Shown: positions 40,008-52,856 of the stretch, in pieces
How positions within the stretch are numbered: position 1 is the stretch's first letter
Layout: each line of letters begins with the position of its first letter
Source: Eledone cirrhosa
Taxonomy: Eukaryota
DNA: 64,000 nucleotides
Assembly: GCA_964016885.1 (NCBI GenBank)
Contig: OZ024746.1
Location: forward strand, 23,126,001 to 23,190,000
Direction of reading: 5' to 3'
Program-made: the position numbers and the translations under genes
Notes under the pieces: model-generated
Databases searched by the model: none
What the model saw: the letters and a program-made list of their open reading frames with translations, nothing else
Told to the model about the DNA's origin: nothing

Positions 40008-40298
40008 ACTTGGAGTTACTGCAGGTTCACCCGGGTGAGCACTCGATGTTTAGGTTCACTTCTGTGTCGAGGGGTAGAACGAGACAGAGTGTATTATAGT
40101 ATACTATATATATATATATGTTTATTATATATAAACATATTGCATATGAGTGTATATATATATATATATATATATACGTTATTCCGGGTTGAATCGGAGG
40201 TAACCACAGTAAGTAAGGTACTCAATACATAGCAGAGTATAAAAGTTTTAATATAGATGAGATTCTACAGGACTAGAACTGTTTCATTCATTAGAAAT

Positions 40299-40385
<87 letters not shown>

Positions 40386-40452
40386 CAAATAACGAAACGA
40401 AATTAAATTTCGTTTCGCTTCTAACTCACTTTTGTATGACTGACGCTTAAAC

Positions 40453-40858
40453 AATTAAGTTAAAGTGTACATCTACATATGTATACGGAAGTATTAGTAT
40501 GCATATAAATACACACATGTATACATATGTACATGTACTGAGTTTTTCACTAGACACTTTATGTGCTTTTACAATTCTCCAGAGAAGCCGGAAGATGGGT
40601 AAATATTGCTGATGAGATGTAATAACATCGAAACTAGTCCAATATTCCTGTCTGGCCCTCTGGAGAATAGAGGAAATGTGTTTCCTTGAAAACTCGTATG
40701 ACTCTAAAACCCGGTCCGTCTGTGTGGTTACATACAGACTAGCTGACACTCACTGTAAAGTGTCTAGTGAAAAACTCAGTACATGTACATATGTATACAT
40801 GTGTGTATTTATATGCATACTAATACTTCCGTATACATATGTAGATGTACACTTTAAC

Positions 40859-40864
<6 letters not shown>
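40453..40864. repeat. 109-bp inverted repeats (40453-40561 / 40756-40864) enclosing a hammerhead
   Basis: The arms read as exact reverse complements. Confidence 0.93.
40602..40646 (+). ncRNA. Intact minimal type-I hammerhead ribozyme
   Basis: aatattg CTGATGA gatgt-aata-acatc GAAA ctagtc caatatt. Stem I is 7 bp, helix II is 5 bp, helix III is the palindrome ACTAGT and the site is GUC. Confidence 0.9.
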
Positions 40865-40944
<80 letters not shown>

Positions 40945-41369
40945 ACTCATATGCAATATGTTTATATATAATAAACATACATTCAGTGTCATTGCTAGTA
41001 TTTAAGCTGCGGGCATGTAGCTAACCAAGGTTAAGGGCGGCAGATACCTCCGTCTACTGAGTGCTGAAGTAGGGAAAACAATATCTTGTACAATGTTTTT
41101 TTTTTATATACAGACTAATCGTGGTGAAGGCATATTTACACATTTGACTGGCTAGTACTAGTTGGTGATAGCACTTAATACAGCATGATTCAGAATAAAC
41201 GCAGAGGTTTGTTTTAAAAACGTCATTACTTTTCAAGGAACATATAACAAACTACCAGTTTAGCCCTGCGTTGCTCGGGTTTGTTCATTTGCTATGAAAA
41301 GTTATATACAGGTAAACTTGGCTTGAAAGCGAATAAGCTTATCAATTATAAGATAACAATGTAAAGGTA

Positions 41370-41560
41370 GACTTGTCCAGGCGCTTTTCTTCACACCGGT
41401 CGCCGTCGAGACCTCAGGCGTCCTCGGACCCTATACTGTCGAGGTCCTCCACAAAATCAGAACCTCAGCAGCCCGTCGAAGGAAGGAATCCCGCGAGGTG
41501 GGGTGGCTGTTGCAGCTGGTGTCGCTGGCCATTGCCCGTGGAAATGCCTTTACAGAGTCC
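41370..41560 (+). mobile_element. Third CRE-clade endonuclease fragment
   Basis: FTPVAVETSGVLGP..REVGWLLQLVSLAIARGNA. Confidence 0.75.
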
Positions 41561-42548
41561 ATCAGTCTCTCCCCTTCTCCTTCCTTTCTTTTGAGGCCCA
41601 CGAGTCCTTGCTTTTTCCCTCCTTTTCCTCTCATTTATGACATTTATAGTACTTTCCTCTACTTTCCCATACAGCCACATCTGCCCTTCTTTACCCCTTC
41701 CCCTTTTTCCCATTACTTAATTTTGTTTTTATCTTTCTTTATCATATATCCATCAGTGTATAACTTTTTGTTGTAATGCTATTTATATGATGTTGAAAGC
41801 AATAGAAGTAAATTCTTCTTATACCACAGACCAATAAAATATGTAAATGAAACAAAAATAAAATAAAAAAGAGAATGAAGCACCAAAAAAAAGGGGGGAG
41901 AGAGAAGGTGAGGGATGAGGGTTCAGACTTTACACCCCCAGTCTGAGTGGTGATTCAGACGAGCCCCGCAGACAAAATGGCGAAAGCATTGCTACGAAAT
42001 GGCCAGCGAGACCCGCAGCATCAACCACACCGCCTTCCCCCATGGGGCCCTTTCCTCGGGCGGGCTGCCATCTTTTCGATTTTACAGAGGAAATCGACAG
42101 TGAGGGGTCGAAGGACACCCAGAGGTCTGGACGATGACATGTACGAAAATGAAAATTATTAAGGAGATTCAGATAAAAAAAAATATTTTAAATAAAAGGA
42201 AACTAAATGGGTCCGTGAAAGCTGGAGAGAAATTAGTCCTGTGGAGGAAAGATTGGATTAAAGGACTATATAATAATTAGGGGAACATCATTCGCTTAGC
42301 TTCGCTTCCAGACGTACACACACGTGCAGAATAATTGAAAACAAGAAAGGTAGACATGTGGATAGATAGACAGAGAGATAAGTAGGTTGGTAGAAATATA
42401 GGTGGAGAGGGAGAGAGAGAGACAGGGGGGGGGGGGGGCGAGAGAATGCTAGCCACAATATGGTGAGGGTAGATTGCTTTACGAAATTCCATTCTTCTCG
42501 GTTCTCGTCCCAAACATCTACATTTACAGAGCTATAAATATATACAAC

Positions 42549-42609
<61 letters not shown>

Positions 42610-43025
42610 GATCCACACACATATATATACACACACACACACACTCGCACAAACAGATCCACAGATTTATATATATATATATTTATATATGCAGAGGTTA
42701 TATTTAATTTGTTGATATATATATATACATACACACACATACATTTATACACGAAATATACAAACAAAAGCTAAGGCTTAAAAGTACTCGACACTCAGAG
42801 ATGTCGGTGAGGAAAAACACATTACGTAGTGACACACATTCCCCACTCCCACCATCTTTCTCTCACTATCTCTCTATCTCTATCTCTCTCTATCTTTCTT
42901 GTTTACCACTGCTGCTGCTGCTATCCCCGTTTATATATGTCACACATTCAGAGCATTTCATTGGACGAGACGATGAACAGTTGAGGTCGTTGACCCAGCT
43001 CATAGTTAACCACCCACCCATCCAA

Positions 43026-43061
<36 letters not shown>

Positions 43062-43310
43062 GCGCCTTACTCGCCACCCCCATACCACCTCATTATACTC
43101 TTATTTTGTTTATTGAGCATAAGAAGGATTTCATTCTGATCAATCTGGATAAACATCGGGTGCCGCTTGCACTTTTATAATACGTATTAACCTAAACACA
43201 AGTCTGTATGTATAAGCGTGTTTATTATACATATGCATATATATATATATATTTACACACACGTGTATGTATATAAGAATATGTATATGTATATATATAT
43301 ATATATATAT

Positions 43311-43582
43311 GCAAAAGTTCTATTTAAATTGTTGAGATACAACAAGCAAATATTTTTATAACTGATATAAAGCACTCAACAAGTATTTGGAGTAAACGTA
43401 CGATATTAACAAATGGAAACTATATTTATAAAACCATATTTATTTCATTATACATATTTCAAGGACACCAAGTTAAATTATGGTGTGCTTTCATCAGACA
43501 AAATATAATATAGATCAGTTTTATAAATAAATATTGACATACCCTTAAAAAATGCAACCATTACTGTTGGAAGCTCCCGGAT
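43311..43582 (-). mobile_element. Hammerhead-bearing module, family B (hammerhead at 43441-43505)
   Basis: Reverse complement reads tattttgt CTGATGA aagcacacca..tggtgtcctt GAAA tatgtata atgaaata. It is flanked by (TA)n and homologous to 60341-60552 and 43998-44135. Confidence 0.75.
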
Positions 43583-43792
43583 AGTATATATATATATATA
43601 TAGATATATATACATACACGTGTATGTGTATATATATGTGTGTATACATATATATATATATATATATATACATATATACATACACGTGTGTGTGTATATA
43701 TATATATATATATACACACACATAATACATATATATATTATATATATATGTATTGTGTGTGTGTATATATATATATACACACGATACATATA

Positions 43793-43972
43793 TAATTGTT
43801 TCTACTTTAGGCACAAGGCCAGCAATTACCCAGTGTATTACTGGTACTTTATTTTATCGACCCCGTAAGGATGAAAGGCAAAGTCAACCTCGGCGGGATT
43901 TGAACTCAGATCGTAAAGGGACGTAACTATGCTGGAAAGCATGGCGTCCGACCCTCTACCGATACTGCCAAT
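43793..43972 (-). mobile_element. SINE family 1
   Basis: Near-identical copy. Confidence 0.92.
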
Positions 43973-44229
43973 ATAATATGTGTGTATATATATATAAGCA
44001 AAGAGTTATTTAATTTGTTGGTTATTCAACAAATTTATTTATAACAGATTCGAAGCACTCTACAATTTTCTTCTGGAGTATAATATCAATAATATTAATA
44101 AATGGAAACTATCTTTATAAAACCATATTTATTTAAATATATATATAACGCAGGAAGTGTGGTAAGGAACCAGGTGGACCATAACGCACCAGAGTACTCA
44201 ATACTTAGGGTAGTAGAGTGAGTAACAGG

Positions 44230-44344
44230 AAAATGTTCAAGACGCCGACGGTAGAGCTCAAGCCGTTTCGACGGCTATTTCGGGACGCTCGAGTCCAGAA
44301 ATAGCCGTCGAAACGGCTTGAGCTCTGCCGTCGGGGTCTTGAAC

Positions 44345-44349
<5 letters not shown>
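44230..44349. repeat. Near-perfect hairpin with ~52-bp arms
   Basis: aaaatgttcaagac..gacggctatttc / gaaatagccgtc..gtcttgaacatttt. Confidence 0.93.
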
Positions 44350-44380
<31 letters not shown>

Positions 44381-44677
44381 CATTCGTTAATTTGCCCGCA
44401 ACCAGAGCTTCGATTATGCTGTACTACCTTTTTATAATACTATATATATTTCTCTCTCTTCCGTCTTTTACTCTCTCTACTTTTCTGAGTCTTTCTCTTG
44501 CTGCTCGCTTTCACCCTCTCTCGCCTTTATTCTATTTCACTCTCTCTCAATATACTTTATAAGAGTACATATATGTGTCATGATACTTTCTCACCAATCT
44601 CCCTCCTGCTTTCATCTAGTCCCTCTCTCTCTATCTATCTATCTATTGTACTAGTTTCATCTATTCTATTATCCCTT

Positions 44678-44718
<41 letters not shown>

Positions 44719-45042
44719 GAGTACATATATATTCATATACATACACACGCTTTATATATATATATGTCATGAGGCCTTCTCTGCTATCTCTCTCACTCGA
44801 CCTAGTTTCCACCTGTTTTGTTGTTATATATCAAAATCAGATTCGCTGTAAAAGTGTAAAAGTACATTGTGCGTGTGTGTGTGTGATGAGAGTCTCCCAA
44901 ACTTTCTCTCCCACGTGTTCACTTTATAACAAAGTAAACACTGGAAACAATTCTCCAAGTGTAAACACTGGTCACACACACACGTACAAGTGTGTATTGG
45001 ATCTCCGTTATATATATATATTTATATATATATATATATATG

Positions 45043-45079
<37 letters not shown>

Positions 45080-45132
45080 TTTCTGAATTTGTTTAGCAAG
45101 ATTCTTTATCTGAAAACGTGTGTTGAAACCGA

Positions 45133-45443
45133 TATTGTTATGCTTTGGGAGGGTCATGTTGCTAATAAGAAACACACGCACCAGTGCTTTCACTCCAATT
45201 TATTATAAATTTAAGAATTTATAAATTTCCGGTTGGTTGGTTGGTTGGTTCCACAACCGGGCGGTTGTTGATATATTGTCAAAGTTCTTTCGTCACTTTT
45301 GACAATATATGAACAACCGTCCGGTTGTGGAACCAACCGGAAATTTATAAATTCTTAAATTTATAAATTTAATTTATAATAAATTGGAGTGAAAGCAACT
45401 TGTGCGTGTGTTTTTTATTGGCAACATGACCCTCCCAAAGCAT

Positions 45444-45450
<7 letters not shown>
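45133..45450. repeat. Foldback inverted repeat with ~150-bp arms
   Basis: tattgttatgctttgggagggtcatgttgc.. / ..gcaacatgaccctcccaaagcataacaata, with a ~14-nt centre. Confidence 0.92.
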
Positions 45451-45485
<35 letters not shown>

Positions 45486-45562
45486 GTTGTGTGCAAATGT
45501 AGACCTAGGGGTGGCCCGGAGCAGTTCACATTTGGTCGGCCTTCTCACATAACATCACACAC

Positions 45563-45609
<47 letters not shown>

Positions 45610-46130
45610 GTGTTATGTGAGAAGCCCCCCCCCCCCCCTCCGTCTACATTTCGTCTTGCACACAACAGAAATATATTTATTGAACGAGTTCGATATTATT
45701 GATTCTTATTTATCGGCCAGTAAACTTGTTTGAGAAAGCTTTAGGCTACTGTAAGTGTTACAGACCACGACACACCACTACAACAACAACAACCACGATA
45801 ATGTTCAGAAGATGTGAGGTCGCGTGAGCAATCTCATTCGCTCATAAACAAACTGAAGTTTTAGCTAACCCATCGCTCACATATTAGTTTTGCATGATTG
45901 GATAACTCGTTGGCTTACACTTGTTACAGTATACATACAATAACATTTGTTCTCATATAGTGTATTATTATTTAAAAAGAAAAAAAATATATATATATAA
46001 ATATATATATACATGTGTGTATATATGTATATAAATATAAATATATATATATATATGAATTGTATGTATGTATAAATCGAACCTGTGTGTCTCTGTGTAT
46101 TTGAAACAACCTTATACTTCTTATTTGTAT

Positions 46131-46190
<60 letters not shown>

Positions 46191-46422
46191 ATGCATATAT
46201 TTATATATATATATATATATATATATAGTTATGTAATAAACAACATAAGGCAATTATTCCATTTACCAGTGGTTTCTTAAAAGCAAAAAAATGTTGCTTT
46301 CAATCATCAGAATGAAAAAATCCTGGTCTATTTATTGATATTGGATTCTAAAAACAAAAATGTACCTACATAGAGCACTCTTTTTTCCTGGACTTTTCCG
46401 ACGGAATTACTTCATATATATA

Positions 46423-46610
<188 letters not shown>

Positions 46611-47068
46611 GGGCAGTATATTGCTCGATAACTATACTACAACATAACTGTATCAAGATTTGAACCTTCATACAACGCTTTACACTGAATGAGAAATCTA
46701 TAAAGAAAACATGAAGTATTCTATAAAAGCAGGCAGTACCCAAAGAGATCGATATCGACCCCTCCACCACCCCACTCCCCAAAATCGATGGAACTGCTCA
46801 AAGTGTCAATTGGACTTGAAGAGGGGGGGGGACAAGATATGTCAATTGTATAAGAAATGAAAATACATATAATTAGGGTTTCTAATTTAGGGACTAAGCC
46901 AGCAATATTTTTTGGGGGTGGGGGGAGTTATATATCAACAACCAACACATAACTGGCACTTTATTCTTTCGAACCTGGAAAGATAAAAGGTAAAATTGGC
47001 CCAGGTGGGATCTGAAATCAGAACGTTAGAGAATTCGAAGATATACTCTAGTGTTTTGCCCGATGCTT

Positions 47069-47660
47069 TACGAAGAGCGACTGAAAATTTCATAGTCTGA
47101 CCAAAATACTCTCATGGAATGTGGCTACTTTTTCTTCGCCGACTTACTCCTGAGAGGGTCGTGCGGGAAGAGTACTCAAACACTCCTTCCAGTGGGGCCT
47201 GTCAAAAGCAACCGTATCCAACTAATACGGTTGGATCCCCAAGCGTGACCAGCTAAGCTCATGAATCCAACCATCTTGCTCGGCGTCTACTCATCTTGCT
47301 CGAGGTCTAATTTCCTGAGATATTCTAACCACATATCCATAGTATCGGAGCTCTGATCTCTCAATTCGGAGAAGTAGCGACTCGGCCTGGAGTGACTCTC
47401 TGATCTCCGAGCTATACACTTTATCGAGTAGCGTTACTCCAGAGAACCTTCGGAGGAATCCCATATCAGCCGCTTATATTCGCGATCGTATTCTTTCGGT
47501 CATTACCCAACCTGTGACAAAACGAGATTTATTTTTCAACATAGTCCCTCTTTAGATCTACACACTTCTCCCATCGGTATTGCAGTGTTTGTGTCCCATT
47601 GGTGAAGAAGCTTTCATCCCGTTGGTCAAAAATATCATCAAAAGCAGATATGATGCCATC
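47069..47660 (-). mobile_element. Mariner transposase C-terminus and TIR, interrupted by an RTE-like fragment (~47130-47510)
   Basis: ESFFTNGTQTLQYRWEKCVDLKRDYVEK* at 47529-47640 and a TIR-like tacgaagagcgactgaaaatttcatag at 47069. The insert is homologous to 38820-39200. Confidence 0.78.
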
Positions 47661-49617
47661 AACACTGCGACACTGGTTCCTCGCCAAGGTAGCCCCGATG
47701 GGATTTGAAATGAGTACATTAAGAGTTGGCAGATATACTCTTAGCATTTTGTCCGATGCGTTAATCATCCTGTCACCCCATAACATAAAACAACCAAACA
47801 CAACTTGCTCATACAAGTTTCTGATTTATAAATAATTGATCTTATTAATGTGTCAATTGTATATTCCGTTTACTGACTGGTTTATTTATTTAGTGGAGGC
47901 GTGTGGTAAGTGTGTGTTGGACTTACGATCATAAAGTCGTGGGTTCGATTCCTACGAAGGGTTGTGTGTTGTGAACAAAACACTTCATTTCACGTTATTT
48001 CAGTATATTCATCTGAAGATGAGTACCAGCAATAGATGGGGGCGGCATCCTGTCCTACGACGGACTGGCGTCCTGTCCAGGGGGAATCTTGTACTTTCAG
48101 TCGCTTAACGTCCATCAGTAGTCAACGATTTTATTTAGTTGCTGGGTGGTCTACAGTTTGGGGATCCCTATACAAGAAGGAATTAAGGTGATTGATGGTC
48201 TAAAAATTGGGGAGATCCCTGTTCTAGAGGAAGGAGAGGAAGAGATGTTATATAACTGTGAATGATATAAATGGGGTCAGGCTTCCGATGAATTCCGATG
48301 AGAAGCATTCCAATTGTTAGAACAACGAAATAGCATGTTCATGGTTGAGCATTTCACAGACTCGTGTACTGTTAACGTAGTTCTCGGCGAGACAGCATGA
48401 ATATGTGAAAAGGCTGACCCTTTCAAAACTGGATATAAGTGAGTGGATTGGATGAAAGTGAAATAAAGTATTATGCTCAACGCTCCACCGGGAATCGAAC
48501 TCACGACCTTACGATTGTGAGCCGAACAACCCTCACCTCTAAGCCACACGCTTTCACACTGACACAAATAAGATTTCTAATTTAGAAAGTAGGCCTGCTA
48601 TTTGAAGGTGGGGAGGGAAAAGTCAATTATATCGACCCCAACGCTCGACTGGTATATTATTTTCTCAACATTGGCGGCGGGATTTGAATTCAGAACGTAT
48701 AGAGGCGGAACATAATAGTCACACATTTTTGGCTAGACATTCTTCTCTCAATAAAAATATTTCCCTTTTGATGGTTATTCACACTGTATCATAATATGGT
48801 AGGTGAGCAAGTGTAGCGGAAAGGTGATGGGGTTTTTAAATAAAAGTACTCAGTTGGGCACCATTGCTATCTACAAAAATGTTTTTCTCTCAAAACTCCC
48901 TTTCCCCAACATGAAAATAAAAGTTAATGAAAACAATATATAATTTAGTATTGATTGGAGTTTTAAATACAGTTATCTCCCTTTATGTTTCTAGTTCAAA
49001 TCCCGCCTAGATTAGCTTTGGCTTGGGTCGATAAAATAAAGTACCGGTAACGAAGTGGAGACCATTTAATCGACTTTCCCTGCCCCAAAAATTGTTGCCC
49101 TTGTACTTAAATCAAAAATCATTATTTACTACGTGAGATTTTTGTCCTAATGGATTTTGAACGTTGGGAATTGGAGACAAACAATGAAGTTAAGGCTTCG
49201 TCAAGGGATCAGATATTAGAAAGAGGTAAATAATTAAGACATGGTGGAGAATTATAATGGGGGTGAATAATTAGGACGGAGTGGAGAATTGGGGCAGGAT
49301 GAAGAATATGTGGAAGAAAGACCGAAAGAGATGGTTTATGAAATGAGTGAGATCCATGATCAAAGAATGTAGAAAATAGTATCAGGTAGTATTGTGTACA
49401 GCTGCTCACACAATTAGACATCATGGCAATCAAAAGATATTGTTGGAGTGTGGTGGGAGTTAGAGAAGGTAGGAACAATAGTTAAGTCAATATAATCATA
49501 TCAGGAGTTAATCAAAATGATAAAAGTGTGTGTGTATATATATATATAATATGCATGCACACACACATATATATATAAATATATATATATGCATTCACAC
49601 ACACACACATACACACA

Positions 49618-49728
<111 letters not shown>

Positions 49729-49775
49729 GTGTGTGTGTGTGTACGTATGTATGTATGTATATATGTATGTATGTA

Positions 49776-50040
49776 TGTAAAAGGTAAAGAGAAATAACAA
49801 CACAATCGGTACAGTATATGGAAGGGATATAAGAGGTTAACACTTGATATAGCAGGAAGAGGGTCTCAACGTTTCGGACGCTAGTCCTTCATCAGAAGAA
49901 AGAATGAGAAATAAGATAGATTAAGGGGACTGGCGGGCTGGAATTGGAAAAAATGTCTTTAGATAAAAATAACAGGTCCATTCGAAAAATGTCAACATAT
50001 ACTGTACCGATTGTGTTGTTATTTCTGTTTACCTTTTACA
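49776..50040 (-). mobile_element. Penelope terminal repeat, family A, with hammerhead (49864-49900) and inverted 45-bp end
   Basis: Near-identical to 6270-6470. 49996-50040 is the reverse complement of 49776-49820. Confidence 0.85.
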
Positions 50041-50173
50041 TATACATATATATAAACGCTTACGTGGACCTCTCAAAATTCGTTGGATTTTCACCCCGAA
50101 ACTGGATTCCAACCCGGAGAACACCTGATCTTCTACCAGGAAATCTTTTTTATCAGTGAACTTTTCTTTGCTT

Positions 50174-50247
<74 letters not shown>

Positions 50248-50383
50248 TCTGAACATTAATCAGTATACACTGAGGATGAAAAACAGTAATGACATACAGC
50301 GTACCTAGTGGATTTTAACCCTGTAGAGCCCATCTCTCTCCAGATGTGTGAACACAGCTGATCTCTTCCAGAGAAGAAATCGG

Positions 50384-50421
<38 letters not shown>

Positions 50422-50422
<1 letters not shown>

Positions 50423-50684
50423 AAAAGTCAGCTCAAAAGTGACTCAGAGGAGACTGAGATTAGCTGGACATGCTCACCGACATCCAGAGTTGACATTGCA
50501 CTCAGTACTCCTTTGGGAGCCCCTACATGGACACACTAGAAGAGGAAGACCAAGGTTAACGTATGTTGATGCCCTAAGGACAGACACTGGTCTGTTGGAG
50601 ACGCAGGACAAGGCAGCGATAATGAGGGACAGAGACCGCTGGAGAGAACTCGTCCATGGATCTCGGGAATTTTACCCGCCCTAG
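50422..50684 (+). mobile_element. RTE-clade LINE 3' end
   Basis: [40 protein letters not shown]. Confidence 0.85.
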
Positions 50685-50858
50685 AATAGAATATATATAT
50701 ATATATACATATATAAGTGATTGTAGTAGAAGTAACAAACCGAAACCGCCGAGCTCGCGGTAGATCTACTTTCGCCAATATACTTACTCCGTATCTTACC
50801 ATGTATCGATTACTTCTTTGACTTGTGGTCTTCCCGGTCCCAATGCTGCTGACAATTA

Positions 50859-50942
<84 letters not shown>

Positions 50943-51267
50943 CCGATTTCTTCTCTGGAAGTGATCAGCTGTGTTCACACACCTGGAGAGAGATGGGCTC
51001 TACAGGGTTAAAATCCACTAGGTACGCTGTATGTCATTACTGTGTACCCTTCGACTCCGTCAAGAGTTAAGGGACCATGCAAGAATGATGGGTATTATTG
51101 ATACGTATTTTAACGATTACAGAAGAATGGAAGACATCAGTGGAATGTTGAACCACTAAACTAAATAGTGTGACACATATATTGTATGTGAAAATCTCTA
51201 AGTCATTGTCCTAGATTCAATAAATATTTTATTATATTATAACAATGACATCGTAGTAACGTCATTA

Positions 51268-51311
<44 letters not shown>

Positions 51312-51452
51312 AGCACGCCACGCACAGAGACGAATAAATACACACGCAGACACAAACGAACTGACACAAACACACAAAGACGAACAGACACACAAAGACG
51401 AACAAACACACACATACGCAAACACAGACGAACAGACGCACACGCATATGAG

Positions 51453-51546
<94 letters not shown>

Positions 51547-51857
51547 TACTGGTGTTGATATTTGTTGTTGGATTGGTAGGATCGTTAAGACCATCAGATA
51601 AAGTTTCTTGCAGTCTTTAGTTGCGGTTCTGTATGTTCCGAGTTAAAATTCCGACGTGTTAACTTCGGCATTTGTATTCACGGGGCTGGTGATATAAGTT
51701 ACCAGTCAAACTCTGAGATCGATAAAATCGATCCCTTCAAATGTGATGCTATGAAATATCAAAGTCTTTCATCATATATCGATGACCAGGTCCTAGTGAC
51801 TATCAACATTGTCTATGAAATCAGCTGCAACGTACGGCTTCATTATCTACAGTAGCC

Positions 51858-51979
51858 CTTAACGATCGGAGTTCAAATCCCGCCGAGGTTGACTTTGCCT
51901 TTCATCCTTACGGGGTCGATAAAATAAAGTACCAGTAATGCACTGGGTATTTGCTGGCCTTGTGCCAAAAGTAGAAACA
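51858..51979 (+). mobile_element. 5'-truncated SINE family 1 with 16-bp TSD
   Basis: attatctacagtagcc at 51842 and 51980. Confidence 0.92.
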
Positions 51980-52497
51980 ATTATCTACAGTAGCCTAAAA
52001 ATAGTTGAAATTTCTACCGTATTTCCTTGTGTATAATACGGCTTGTGTATAAGACATTTGTTTCTGAAGAAGAAGAAATAAACGGGAATAAAATACATCC
52101 TTGTGTATAATTCGACCCTGGAATACAGCCATGTCGATGTAAATATTTCTGCAAATATCTCCAATGTTATCCATCAAAATCTTGATCTCAGATATATTTC
52201 TCTACAATATTTAGATTCTCATATCTTTAAAGAATGTAAAACAATCGGATGTCTAGAGCGGCACCCCAACCACTGGCGTCAGCAGTTTCAATACCGTTAT
52301 TGAGTATTTAGTAGGCATGAATGTACATAACGTAATGGTTTAGACAATACAACACGAATCATTCAGCTAACTATTCTCATCTAACAGGAAAACTACGCCA
52401 TACGAAATGTGAAGTTTTGAAAGCAATAATTTATCACAGCAACCATTTTTCAGAAGGATAAATCTCAATAATGATAATTGTACTGAATTTTTTGTCT

Positions 52498-52537
<40 letters not shown>

Positions 52538-52659
52538 CGAATAAATACACACGCACACACACATATGTATGTGTGTGTGTGTGTGTCTGTGTGTGTGGTT
52601 CAAGAATAAAAAAGATAAACTCAGGTACAATTACACAAAGTATTAGTATACACAATAAC

Positions 52660-52842
52660 CGTTTCTACTTTTGGTACAAGGCCAGCAATTATCCCGGTGT
52701 ATTACTGGTACTTTATTTTATCGACCCCGTAAGGATGAAAGGCAAAGTTAACATCGGCGGGATTTGAACTCAGACCATAAAGGGCTGTAACTCTATGCTG
52801 CAAAGCATGGCGTCAGACCCTCTACCGATACTGCCAATCCAA
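52660..52842 (-). mobile_element. SINE family 1
   Basis: Near-identical copy. Confidence 0.9.
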
Positions 52843-52856
52843 TAATAACATATGAA

